Source: a virus
Reading direction: 5' to 3' (one strand)
Length of the DNA stretch: 64,000 nt
IMG/VR virus record: IMGVR_UViG_3300016471_001035
Coordinates: 1 to 64,000 of that record
This document shows, one piece after another, positions 36,831 to 46,390 of this stretch. The notes beneath the pieces were generated by a model. That model was not told the origin of the DNA. It searched no databases and saw only the letters and a list, made by a program, of their open reading frames with translations. Each line of letters starts with the position of its first letter. Position 1 is the first letter of the stretch. A program made the position numbers and the translations under genes.

Positions 36831-37411
36831 ATATAACATTTACTGGGCCGCAATGTTCAGGCAAGACTACTTTACTTAAATTAATGAGAAGTAGTGGAGG
36901 TATATTTGATAAGTTTTTTTATATTGACGAAGTTACTAGAAAGATAAGAGATGAATGTAATATACCTATTAATGAAGAGGGTGCAAACGATGTAACCCAA
37001 TTACTAATTATAAACGAGGAACTAAAGAATTTGTTTAATAATAGTAGTATGGATAGTTGGTGTAAAGGTACAGTGCATGATAGGTGTCTGCTAGACGGTT
37101 TAGTTTATACAGAATACTTTTATAGCAAGAAGCTAGTCAGTTATCAGGTTTGGACACAAGCGCACTGGTATTGGCAGAGATTTTTTAGTAAGTATGATAT
37201 AATTTTCTATCCATGTCCTCATGATGTTCAACTAATAGATGATGGTGAAAGAAGTGTTGATACAGAATTTAGAAATTCAATAATTAAACTATATGAGGAT
37301 CACTGGTTAAAACAATTTGAGTGGAAAGATAGGATAACTATTTTAAAGGGAACAGTTGAAGAACGCTTAGAACAGATTAAAATTAAACTACATGAACAAG
37401 GTATTAGATAA
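36827..37411 (+). CDS. P-loop nucleotide kinase-like protein (AAA_28)
   Basis: ITFTGPQCSGKTTL; HDRCLLDGLVY; DDGERS...FR. Confidence 0.8.
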   Translation: MNITFTGPQCSGKTTLLKLMRSSGGIFDKFFYIDEVTRKIRDECNIPINEEGANDVTQLLIINEELKNLFNNSSMDSWCKGTVHDRCLLDGLVYTEYFYSKKLVSYQVWTQAHWYWQRFFSKYDIIFYPCPHDVQLIDDGERSVDTEFRNSIIKLYEDHWLKQFEWKDRITILKGTVEERLEQIKIKLHEQGIR

Positions 37412-38306
37412 CAGTAATATTTCGAAACACTTAGGTAAAGTAACCGGTTATAAGTCAACTTACGACCCTTCTCTTTTAGTCAGAGAACCGAGAATTAATA
37501 ATCGTAAGCATTTAGGTATTACTGATGAAGATGCACCTTTTGGTGGTTATGATATTTGGAACGCATATGAGGTGTCTTGTTTAACAGCTGAAGGTATGCC
37601 TATTGCTGCTATTGCTAAGATTGTATATCCATGCAAAAACCATTATATTGTTGAGTCAAAATCAATTAAACTGTATATGAATTCTTTTAATATGCAAATA
37701 TTTAAAGGTAATATGATTCAAGTATTAAACGAATTACAAAATACTATTGCAAATGACTTATCTAATTTACTTGAAGCTACTGTTAAGGTATATGTAAGGT
37801 CAGCTGCAGCGGTATCAGATGACATATATTATCCTCCAGTCTTTAATAATAAAGACTACCCTACCCTTGAAAATAATATTGATGTTACGATGATACAATC
37901 AAAATCTTACGTAGAGGATCCATCTATTTTATCCGCAATAGAGATCCCTGAAGCTAGGATACAAAGATTTCATTCTGCTTTACTAAAAAGCAATTGTAGA
38001 GTTACATCGCAACCAGATTGGGGCGACGTTTATATACATTATAAAGGTAAGTACGAAATCAATCAAACATCGCTACTACAATATATCGTTTCCTTCAGAG
38101 ACGAATGCCATTTTCATGAAGAGATATGTGAGACCATTTATATGCGCTTATTTAGATTATTTAAGCCTGAAGAGCTTGTTGTAAGTTGTTTATATGTAAG
38201 GCGTGGTGGTATTGATATTAATCCTACTAGAGCTAGTAATTATAGCTTATTAGACAAAGCTCTAATAGATGAGTTTAAATATTTTACTAAGACGGTAAGG
38301 CAGTAA
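37392..38306 (+). CDS. queF: NADPH-dependent preQ0 reductase QueF (two-domain type)
   Basis: YDPSLL..PR..NR; D.WNAYEVS; ESKSIKLYMNSFN; LLKSNCRVTSQPDWG; FHEEICE; Y.RRGGIDINP.R. Confidence 0.95.
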   Translation: MNKVLDNSNISKHLGKVTGYKSTYDPSLLVREPRINNRKHLGITDEDAPFGGYDIWNAYEVSCLTAEGMPIAAIAKIVYPCKNHYIVESKSIKLYMNSFNMQIFKGNMIQVLNELQNTIANDLSNLLEATVKVYVRSAAAVSDDIYYPPVFNNKDYPTLENNIDVTMIQSKSYVEDPSILSAIEIPEARIQRFHSALLKSNCRVTSQPDWGDVYIHYKGKYEINQTSLLQYIVSFRDECHFHEEICETIYMRLFRLFKPEELVVSCLYVRRGGIDINPTRASNYSLLDKALIDEFKYFTKTVRQ

Positions 38307-38672
38307 TTAACCGTTTAAATTCCAGAGTCTCTGTTTTTCAGGGCCTACTGATTCGTAACCATTGAGAGTTAATGTTTGCGCAGTTGTACCGGTATCTACC
38401 GTGAACGTATAGGATGTACCGTCATTTAATAATAATGCCATTACTGTACCATCATAATTATCGGCAACATTTAAATTTGCAGTATTTCCGCCTACTGATA
38501 ATGTAATATTAACATCAGCTAATGTAGGGGTGACAGCATTGAAAAGAACACCCTTTACATTGGTGCTTAATGAATTAGCTGTAACACCGTTATTAACCGT
38601 TGACAGGTTAAATGATGTCGGAAATGTATCAGCCGGATCGGCTACTATATTTGAAAATACTTGTAAAGGCAT
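38307..38672 (-). CDS. putative structural (head decoration-like) protein; start probably 38672
   Basis: Thr/Asn/Val-rich beta protein directly after the MCP; TAAATA upstream of ATG. Confidence 0.45.
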   Translation of the reverse strand: MPLQVFSNIVADPADTFPTSFNLSTVNNGVTANSLSTNVKGVLFNAVTPTLADVNITLSVGGNTANLNVADNYDGTVMALLLNDGTSYTFTVDTGTTAQTLTLNGYESVGPEKQRLWNLNG

Positions 38673-38717
38673 ATAATTATTTATTCTTTGCAGGCAATTT
38701 TTTTGTATGAGAACAAT

Positions 38718-38747
38718 AAAAAAGGGCACCGCAAGATGCCCTTTTTT
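38718..38747 (-). terminator. intrinsic terminator after the major capsid gene (bidirectional form)
   Basis: AAAAAAGGGCA-ccgcaaga-TGCCCTTTTTT. Confidence 0.8.
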
Positions 38748-38806
38748 AAAGATCCTGGGACTTACCAGGTGAAAATTGACTTTCTTTTTGTCATCCGATG
38801 TACTTC

Positions 38807-40330
38807 TTAGAAGTAAACCGACTGTGTTCCAGGAACGAACGGAGTACCGAGGTTCTTGAGAATAATGACGTGGTAGTAAAGATTTGCACCAAAGATGTTG
38901 TCTACTACACCATAACGTGTTAGTAAGCCAACGCGAGGAGCAAAATCATTAGGACCAATTGTTCTCTGAACCATTACCGGGATGTACGGACAATAGATGA
39001 TACCAGTGTCGTAGAATTCCGGGCCCTTGTAACCAAGGAGTGCATACTCGAGGCGTACTTGACGCGAGAAGTTCTGGGTGCCATAAGCTGTTGGCCAGCC
39101 CTGACCCTGGAAATTACCAGGAGGGATGCCACCAGTATTATAAGCTTCAGCCTGAGCTTCTGTGCGAGTATCACGGTAAACGTTGAACCTGCCACCCAGC
39201 GAACCTACTTTTGCAACACCGACGGGCTGTGTATTAACATTACCCTGTACTGGTACCCACTGGAATTCAGGGAGCATTTCTAGGATAGCGCAAACGCGAG
39301 GTGTAGCAACAACGAAGTTGGCAGAACCACGGCGATTACGTACTGCAATACGATTAGCTTCGACGATTAGTCTCTGATAGAAGTCACGATTACGTTCAAC
39401 GAGCCAGCGACCGTCTGCTGATACGGGCGACCAGATTGAATAACCTGTGCCGTAGCCAGCATTGAGTGCTGTCTGGATCATGCGAATGATCATTTCACGG
39501 TCGATTTCGGCCTGTAGCTCATACGACATAGCGTTTGTGAGCTCAGTATCGATATCGATACCGTTCATGTTCTTAAGATCCTGCTCGAGCTCAACTGACC
39601 AGCGAGCGGCGAGACGGCGTGTGCCGGCCTCGACTGCTGTCTTCTCAAAGCTTACAACGACCTGAGGAATGTTTGCATTCAACTCAAACTGGCTGAGTAG
39701 CTGTGCAACACCCTGATCCTGTGTTAGCATTGTGAAGTCGGAATTACCCGACAATTGTGGCTGCTGCGTTCCGGTAAAGCCGGAAGCGAGGAACTGATAC
39801 CCTAGCTCAGGGTTTGTCGACAATGACTGTAAGAACGAGCTAGCATACTTTGTTGTAGAGTTGCTTGCGTCGATCTTGCCATCGGGATTGTAACCTAAGC
39901 TGGTGGGTTCGTACTTATAACGGAGGGCAAAAGCAAGACCTACTGGACCGCTCATGGGCTGAACACCAACGATTTCGTTAGTGATCAACTCAGGGAACGT
40001 ACGGCGAATCATCGGGATGAGGATCTTCGGTAGACGCGCATCGCCTTGGGCGTAAGCAGCATCATTCTGTGAAGGGAACTGGTTACCGTAAGCGCCATTA
40101 TTAATAGAGCCTCCGAATACGCCAGTGTTTCCACCGACTGTGTTGCTAGCCTCAAAGCACCACTTCTCTTGGTTTTCCAAAAGGATAGCGGTGTTTAAGC
40201 GTGTGTGATCGTCTTCGATAGCGCGGACGTTATCGGAAGAGTAATCCAGAACTGGACCCCACTTCTCGAGAAGTACCTTAGCGCGTGACTCATCAATGTA
40301 AGCCTGTGTAGGACGAATTTGTTTAGCCAT
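38807..40330 (-). CDS. g23: T4-like major capsid protein gp23
   Basis: LLEKWGPVL; LIPMIRRTFP.LI.NEIVGVQPMSGPVGLAFALRY; RRLAARWS.EL.QDL; YCPYIP; F.PRVGLLTRYG. Confidence 0.97.
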   Translation of the reverse strand: MAKQIRPTQAYIDESRAKVLLEKWGPVLDYSSDNVRAIEDDHTRLNTAILLENQEKWCFEASNTVGGNTGVFGGSINNGAYGNQFPSQNDAAYAQGDARLPKILIPMIRRTFPELITNEIVGVQPMSGPVGLAFALRYKYEPTSLGYNPDGKIDASNSTTKYASSFLQSLSTNPELGYQFLASGFTGTQQPQLSGNSDFTMLTQDQGVAQLLSQFELNANIPQVVVSFEKTAVEAGTRRLAARWSVELEQDLKNMNGIDIDTELTNAMSYELQAEIDREMIIRMIQTALNAGYGTGYSIWSPVSADGRWLVERNRDFYQRLIVEANRIAVRNRRGSANFVVATPRVCAILEMLPEFQWVPVQGNVNTQPVGVAKVGSLGGRFNVYRDTRTEAQAEAYNTGGIPPGNFQGQGWPTAYGTQNFSRQVRLEYALLGYKGPEFYDTGIIYCPYIPVMVQRTIGPNDFAPRVGLLTRYGVVDNIFGANLYYHVIILKNLGTPFVPGTQSVYF

Positions 40331-40407
40331 ATAAATTATATTTCTCCAATATAATATGTCGACCTTTTATAAACTATTCAGGGGTTAAACCCTCAACAAA
40401 AGCAAAA

Positions 40408-41292
40408 TTAATATTTCGAAAGCTCGCCCATGTAAGTATTAAACATTGGATCTGTTTCATTTACTTCTTGGGGCTGTACAGCTTCTTCAATTACTGGTCT
40501 ATCAACTTGTGCAGATACAGTTTCAGAAACCGCTTCCGTTTTTAATGCTTTTAGCCGCTCTTCTTCTGTCTTTTCAAACAGCTTTAAAGTGTAGTCAAAG
40601 TTCTCTTTAATGAACTCTGCAGACTTACCATTAAGCATTTTCTTCATGTAAGTCTTTTTAGCCTCATCGAGATCAGAAACTTTCTCTTCAAGCATTGCTT
40701 TAGCGGAGAGCTTCTTATTTTCATCGGCGAGTCTTGCTACTTCTTTGGTAGCGGCTTCAAGCTGGCTAGCAGCTTCATCTAGTCTTGTCTTCCCGTCTAC
40801 TACAGCTTCGCGAATATTATCTTTCGCTAAAGCCATATCAACAGAAAGAACTTGGCGTAAATTCTCTAATAGAGAAATAGCCTTTTTATTTTGTACAGCT
40901 TCATTTACAGAAGCTGTTGGTAGTTTTTCTTCTAGATATATATCTAGATATTTACTAATTTCATCAACTAGTGTATTTTTGAAAGATGCTGCTTCGTTAT
41001 TCAACTCTGCTTCATACTTTTCAACTACCGTTTTTAATTTAGCAGCGCGATCAGTATCAATTGCTTCAACAACCTTTTTGAGCTTGTTGGTATGATCTGT
41101 ATCGATTGCTTCAATTAAAGTCTCTAATTTCTTGGAATAATCTGCATCTTGTTCAGCAAGAGCTTTTTCAACATGAATCTGTACCTTTTCATTTACAGAT
41201 GATTCAAATGCTGATTCTAATTCCTTAAGAACGTCCTCAGTTAGGATATCCTTTGTTGCTTCCTTAAGGGTCTTGCTTATGTTTGTTTCCAT
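40408..41292 (-). CDS. g22: prohead core scaffold gp22
   Basis: Acidic coiled coil; AFES.V.EKV; LVDEISKYLD; position before g23. Confidence 0.85.
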   Translation of the reverse strand: METNISKTLKEATKDILTEDVLKELESAFESSVNEKVQIHVEKALAEQDADYSKKLETLIEAIDTDHTNKLKKVVEAIDTDRAAKLKTVVEKYEAELNNEAASFKNTLVDEISKYLDIYLEEKLPTASVNEAVQNKKAISLLENLRQVLSVDMALAKDNIREAVVDGKTRLDEAASQLEAATKEVARLADENKKLSAKAMLEEKVSDLDEAKKTYMKKMLNGKSAEFIKENFDYTLKLFEKTEEERLKALKTEAVSETVSAQVDRPVIEEAVQPQEVNETDPMFNTYMGELSKY

Positions 41293-41295
41293 AAA

Positions 41296-41466
41296 TTAAA
41301 AAATTTTTTCTTTTAGAGAATCATTGATCTTTGATTTAATCTTAGAGTCAATGACGCTCTGTAAGTATTTATTAGCTTCAGAATAATTTTTCTGAGAAAT
41401 TGACTTTAAAAACCCAATAATTTCTTTATTTTCATTTATTTTTGAGTTTTTGTTAGCCTTTGTCAT
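41296..41466 (-). CDS. small prohead core protein (gp67/68-like); start probably 41466
   Basis: FLKSI..KNYSEA...L; position within the head module. Confidence 0.45.
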   Translation of the reverse strand: MTKANKNSKINENKEIIGFLKSISQKNYSEANKYLQSVIDSKIKSKINDSLKEKIF

Positions 41467-41513
41467 AGAATTATTTATTTTGCTCTTGTTATTTTTTTTA
41501 ATACTTTTCATAA

Positions 41514-42185
41514 TTAAGCACTTCTTAGAAACTTAAAAAACGACAAAATTTGCTCTTTGAGATAGGATTGAACGTCCTTTCTAGGAAGATTTTTAATTGA
41601 GTTTTCGAATGCATCAAATATTTCTTCAAGCTCACCCCTAGTATTAAGAATAAATTGCTTGCTCTCAAGAATTCCATTTACAAAAGCCTTTGGACACGAC
41701 GGATCAGCTACACAATCAATAGCTATTAATCTCATATCTGTTACTCTATTAACACCATTATTCTCTTCATTTAACTTACCTAAAGCTCTGCTTGACATAC
41801 CAACCTTTACACCGTCATTGATAAGATTGCGAACTATTTGACCCATGGGGGTCGAGAGAACTTGTGATTTACCAAATACGTGGTTACCTTCGAATTTAAG
41901 ATTTGTTACTAAATGGCATGCTCTTTCGAGATTAACTTCTGCTGATGTAGGATGATTTAACTCTCCCATAGCTCTATTTGTTGTGACCATTTCTTTTACA
42001 TATCTATCGACTTCACGGTGCATATCTTCTTTTTCATAGATGCGTTGATTTTTATTAACTTCATTACAAACCATATACGGGCCTTGAATAAAAAGCTTTG
42101 CAGGTTCTTTAGGGTTTTTTTCCTCTAAAATATATTCAAACTGCTCCTCAGAAGCAGGTGTTTCGACTAAAAGACGAAGCGCCAT
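41514..42185 (-). CDS. g21: prohead protease gp21
   Basis: IQGPYM....NKNQRIY; RAMGELNHP; GMSSRALG; D.VADPS...AFVNGILE. Confidence 0.95.
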   Translation of the reverse strand: MALRLLVETPASEEQFEYILEEKNPKEPAKLFIQGPYMVCNEVNKNQRIYEKEDMHREVDRYVKEMVTTNRAMGELNHPTSAEVNLERACHLVTNLKFEGNHVFGKSQVLSTPMGQIVRNLINDGVKVGMSSRALGKLNEENNGVNRVTDMRLIAIDCVADPSCPKAFVNGILESKQFILNTRGELEEIFDAFENSIKNLPRKDVQSYLKEQILSFFKFLRSA

Positions 42186-42186
42186 A

Positions 42187-42648
42187 TTAATATTTATTTA
42201 GACCAAGTTCTTTTTCTGTTAATATTAAGAACTTATAATTCCTTTGGTCGCACCATTTTTTAGCAGCAGCCCACTTAGCCATATTTTGTATATATCTCTT
42301 GTTTTCGTAAATTAAAGTACTATTTTTCTTTTTTCCTGGAACCGGTGCAACTACTTGTGTTGATGGTTTAATTTCTATTATATATTTGTTTATATTATTA
42401 TTTTCTTTAATTGCAATAATACCATCTGTATAGTATCTATGAACTTTGCTATCAAGAGGGTTTAAATACGGGATTACCACAGCTTCGCTTGCCCATTCAA
42501 CTACATTTTCATTTTCATCGCACCATCTAAAAAATCTCAGCTCCCACCCAGATCTATAAACCGGTGGAGTTCTCCCAACATATTTGTTACTATTTCTTGG
42601 ACGAAACAACCCTTGTCTAAATTTATCGTTTTTATTGAGAGGTATCAT
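42187..42648 (-). CDS. g4: head completion nuclease gp4 (TnsA-like)
   Basis: QG.F.P.N..KY.G....YRSGWE..F..WCD.N..V..WASE...IPY..P.D...HRYY.D; EIKP; N.AKW.AA. Confidence 0.9.
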   Translation of the reverse strand: MIPLNKNDKFRQGLFRPRNSNKYVGRTPPVYRSGWELRFFRWCDENENVVEWASEAVVIPYLNPLDSKVHRYYTDGIIAIKENNNINKYIIEIKPSTQVVAPVPGKKKNSTLIYENKRYIQNMAKWAAAKKWCDQRNYKFLILTEKELGLNKY

Positions 42649-43724
42649 TATCCAACAAAGAACTGTGGAGGGGCAGCATCACCGAACCCAGGTGCACTTT
42701 CGTATAATTTTTTTTCTAGTTCTTCTTTTTCTCTCAATCCTTGGGAGAGCAAATCATTATAGTTTATAGAACCACCACCAAACATTGTTGTCCCCGTATA
42801 TTTACCTCTAACGTTACCTATAGCTATTTTACTTAAAGCTAAAGCATATTGATAGACCCAAGGCTCTTTAATAATATCTTTAAGTCGTTTTTCTACGTAA
42901 CAGCCAATGATACCATAAAATCTTGATCCTGAACCCGGAGTGCGGGGTTGGGGGTAAAAGGTTAGGTATTGAGTTCTATCGTCGAACGTAAAGTATCTTC
43001 TAATAGCTAAAAGCTTTTCTCTTGTTTCTAGCCAATCTTTAAGCACATACCAGCTTATTAAATCAAACCCATAATTACCCATTGCATAGCTAAAATATGT
43101 TTGTTGAGCTAATGTTTGCTCGATAGTGAATAGCGTGTTAACACCGGTAGAGGAGCCTTCTTCAAAATCAATTATGTCTACTACTTTTCTATAATCCATT
43201 ACATCGTAATCAAAACTATTATTAAATTTTACCTGTGAATTAGAAGATGGTTTAAAATAATCACCTAAAACACCATTAAAATTAATAACTGAAAGATAAT
43301 TTGTTTGTGTTAATATTTGATTTTCAAAAATACCATCTTTATATGTTGATGACAGGGTTGTCGATGTTGTAAAGTAGCTAGAGGGTATAGATGATGTTGC
43401 AACAAAAACGGTTGGTGAAGGTTCAATTGTTTTATTAAAATACGGTGTAATAGTATAAAGCAGATCTAATTTTAAGCCTTTGTTAGATTCATACAAATCA
43501 GAATCAAATACAAGATATTCTTCTGTATACCCTGCAAATTTAGCAAACATTTCACAGGCTATAGAAATATTTTCAAATAGTTGATCATGATGAATTTCTA
43601 AATTCACCATTGGTGCACCTAGTGCTCTAGAAATTCTATCACCTAATCTATTGAATGAATCTATTTTACTGTTAAGATTAGTGCTTTGAAAAGCTGTAAT
43701 TGGTGTTATAGCAGAGCAATCCAT
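42648..43724 (-). CDS. g13: neck protein gp13
   Basis: RALGAPMVNLEI...Q; WVYQYALAL.K...G..RGKY.G....GG..INY. Confidence 0.85.
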   Translation of the reverse strand: MDCSAITPITAFQSTNLNSKIDSFNRLGDRISRALGAPMVNLEIHHDQLFENISIACEMFAKFAGYTEEYLVFDSDLYESNKGLKLDLLYTITPYFNKTIEPSPTVFVATSSIPSSYFTTSTTLSSTYKDGIFENQILTQTNYLSVINFNGVLGDYFKPSSNSQVKFNNSFDYDVMDYRKVVDIIDFEEGSSTGVNTLFTIEQTLAQQTYFSYAMGNYGFDLISWYVLKDWLETREKLLAIRRYFTFDDRTQYLTFYPQPRTPGSGSRFYGIIGCYVEKRLKDIIKEPWVYQYALALSKIAIGNVRGKYTGTTMFGGGSINYNDLLSQGLREKEELEKKLYESAPGFGDAAPPQFFVG

Positions 43725-43749
43725 AATAATATTTATGTTATGCTGCTAA

Positions 43750-45552
43750 TTAAGCTGCAGGTGCAGCTCCGGCGGCACCTCCTTGAGCTGGCGTACCGCC
43801 TGCGGTGGCTTCACCGCCCCCGGCGGCAGGGGCTTCAGCAGCACCACCTCCAGCCGCAGCAGGGCCTGGGCCAAACTCCGGAGGAGTTCTAGTAGCAGAA
43901 GCACCACCACCCATACCACCTCCGCCCCCAGCTTCTTGACCGGCTGCTCCTGGTGTTGTCGCGCCAAGCTCTCTCCAATTTGGCCCATTATTAGTAATTT
44001 GATCTAATTCCCATAAAAATTCTCTATCTTTTCTTAAAAATTGTCTATTAGCCATAATATCTACCTCTGACCAGCCAAGATATTTCTTCTGTGCGAACGT
44101 TTTTGAAACTAAATCACTCTGAGTAATGTTATTAAAGTTCTCTGCTTTAAGCTGGAATTTTTGATTTTCTCTTAATTCATAGAAATTAGTAGGTACATTA
44201 AACATTAAATCAATGTCTGTTTCGCGGAGCTTATATTCTTCCCAAATTTTTCTTAATTTAAGATGAGTAATAAATCCATTTTTTAATCCAGCCGCAAAAC
44301 GTTGCTGCTGGCGAATTATAAATCTTGCAAATTTAAGCTCTTCTCTAAGAATATCTGCACCATCTTTAAATACGTCTTCAACATTTAATCGGGTAACTGG
44401 AACTTTTAAAGACTTATAAAGCTTTTGTACAAAGTACATAAGGTCGGTTAGCTCGCCCAAATTTTGACCTCCAGGTAATTGAACCACTTCAGTACCGGTA
44501 GAGCCGGTGCGCTTTGCAAACCAAAAACTATCTAACATACTTTGAGGATTAAATTTTTGTACAGAAGCACCTTGGTCTGCATCATAAGTTCTTCGTGACC
44601 AATAATTTTGCATTAGCTTACGGAGGTATGCTTCTGCTTTAGGAGGAGCCATATTACCAACATCAACATTGAATACAAGTCTTTCTGGGGCTCTTACAAG
44701 CCTATAAATAACAATTGCATCTTCTATTAGAGATAGTTGTCTGTAAGCTCTACGAGCGTTTTCAATAAAAGGTAATCTGACTGTTTTTGTTTCATTCCAA
44801 ATACCAGAGTTAATATAAGTAACTTGATTTATATCCATCGGAACTAATTCAACCTTAGCAATTTTTCCAGGATTCTTAGCATCATAAATATTTTTTCTTA
44901 AAAGATAACCTCTTACAATTTGATTTTGTACATTTTCAAAAACAGGGTCTATAACATCTGAAGGAACAGTTACCACACCTAAAATACCTTCTTCAGGATA
45001 TTTTTTATGAATAATATGTTCCCAATATAGCTCAGCATCAACTAATAATTGTCTAAGATATTCCCACCCTTTGTTTTCTAAATCAAAAAAGCCAATATAT
45101 TTTTGAAATTCTTTTTTTAATTTCTCTTTTTGATCTTCTGATATTGTAGCGGTTTTAAAAAATATTTTTACTATATCACCATTATCATCTTTATTAATAA
45201 ATTCATCGCAAATCTCATCCAACGCATCAGCTACTTCAGCAAACGCAGCCATTACTCTATAGTCCATTAACCTACGGCCTTTATCAGGCTGAAGATTAGC
45301 GTACATAAAGTTGTGGTAATCTTTATTTTGCACTACATTAGCATAAAGATCATCAGTAAAGCTTAAAGATGAAGAAACCGACTGACGAGCAAGGGCCTCT
45401 TCTCTTTGTGTTCCTTTATTAAAGAATTCAGCGTACTTAGGATTAAGCTTGTTTATTTGATCTTCAATACCAAGAGACTGGTAAGGCAGTTTTGAAGATA
45501 TAAACTTTACCAGCTCTCTTCCGAACGTACTCTCTCTATTTGGGTCTGCCAT
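43750..45552 (-). CDS. g20: portal protein gp20
   Basis: YR.MA...EV..ALDEI; QL.LIEDAIVIYRLVRAPERLVFNVDVGNM...KAEAYL; LPGGQNLGE; LREELKF.RFI.R. Confidence 0.97.
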   Translation of the reverse strand: MADPNRESTFGRELVKFISSKLPYQSLGIEDQINKLNPKYAEFFNKGTQREEALARQSVSSSLSFTDDLYANVVQNKDYHNFMYANLQPDKGRRLMDYRVMAAFAEVADALDEICDEFINKDDNGDIVKIFFKTATISEDQKEKLKKEFQKYIGFFDLENKGWEYLRQLLVDAELYWEHIIHKKYPEEGILGVVTVPSDVIDPVFENVQNQIVRGYLLRKNIYDAKNPGKIAKVELVPMDINQVTYINSGIWNETKTVRLPFIENARRAYRQLSLIEDAIVIYRLVRAPERLVFNVDVGNMAPPKAEAYLRKLMQNYWSRRTYDADQGASVQKFNPQSMLDSFWFAKRTGSTGTEVVQLPGGQNLGELTDLMYFVQKLYKSLKVPVTRLNVEDVFKDGADILREELKFARFIIRQQQRFAAGLKNGFITHLKLRKIWEEYKLRETDIDLMFNVPTNFYELRENQKFQLKAENFNNITQSDLVSKTFAQKKYLGWSEVDIMANRQFLRKDREFLWELDQITNNGPNWRELGATTPGAAGQEAGGGGGMGGGASATRTPPEFGPGPAAAGGGAAEAPAAGGGEATAGGTPAQGGAAGAAPAA

Positions 45553-45566
45553 AAATTAATAATTAT

Positions 45567-46379
45567 TTACAAATCACTATTAGTATAATCTACATTAGTT
45601 ATTTGAGGATTGCCTGAAAGTGATATTGTCTCTATTTCTGTAATTAACCCAGTACTGACAGGCCAAGAGTACGTGTTGTCAGAAAGTGAATCGTAAGTTG
45701 TTATTAACGAAGATGCAATAAAGTTTGCATCTATATAATAGATATTACCAGCAGGGTTTTGAACATATGGAAATAACCATCCCTTAATAACAAAGCTAGT
45801 ATCTCCTACTATTCTGTATTTTTCAGTCGCCCCTATATCAGTTGGATAGCTTAGCGCGATATTGCCATCCCATAATACTTCGCTCCTTATTTCTTGTAAA
45901 GGCGAAAATGGGCCAGAAGCGAGATCTTCAGGAATTTTCCATGAAATAATTATATATGGGTTAGTATAAGGTACAAAATTAGAAATAATTTGATCCATGT
46001 CTGTTTGAAATTTTGTTAAAATAGACATAGATACATTGATGTTAACGGGAACAGGAGTTCTATAAAAATCTGAATAAAGTCTATAATTATTTTCCTTACC
46101 CCCTCTTGTTATATAAAATCCTGCGTTTTTATTAAAAACTCTTGTCTCGTCTCTGCCTACACCCGTTATGTTAACGGCTACGCAAGGTACTGTTAAGTTC
46201 TGCGCTTTATTAACCAAATCATATATGACCCTTTGTTTTGGGGCATAAACATACCTAACTTGTACTCTATTTTGCGGTACTCTATTTTTATCATATCTTT
46301 TAATAATAATATTATCAAACGCTGCTACAAATTGCGTTAGAACATCTTTTATTTCAAAGTGAAACGTTTGATTCTTCAC
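45567..46379 (-). CDS. g15: tail sheath stabiliser/terminator gp15 (start probably GTG 46379)
   Basis: F.AAFDNI.I.R; V...YAPKQR; PVPVNI...MSI.TK...D..QI...F.PY. Confidence 0.8.
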   Translation of the reverse strand: MKNQTFHFEIKDVLTQFVAAFDNIIIKRYDKNRVPQNRVQVRYVYAPKQRVIYDLVNKAQNLTVPCVAVNITGVGRDETRVFNKNAGFYITRGGKENNYRLYSDFYRTPVPVNINVSMSILTKFQTDMDQIISNFVPYTNPYIIISWKIPEDLASGPFSPLQEIRSEVLWDGNIALSYPTDIGATEKYRIVGDTSFVIKGWLFPYVQNPAGNIYYIDANFIASSLITTYDSLSDNTYSWPVSTGLITEIETISLSGNPQITNVDYTNSDL

Positions 46380-46390
46380 TATATTATTTA

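Noticed and set aside
38974-41095. Several overlapping ORFs within g23/g22
   Set aside because: Shadow or alternate frames of well-supported structural genes.
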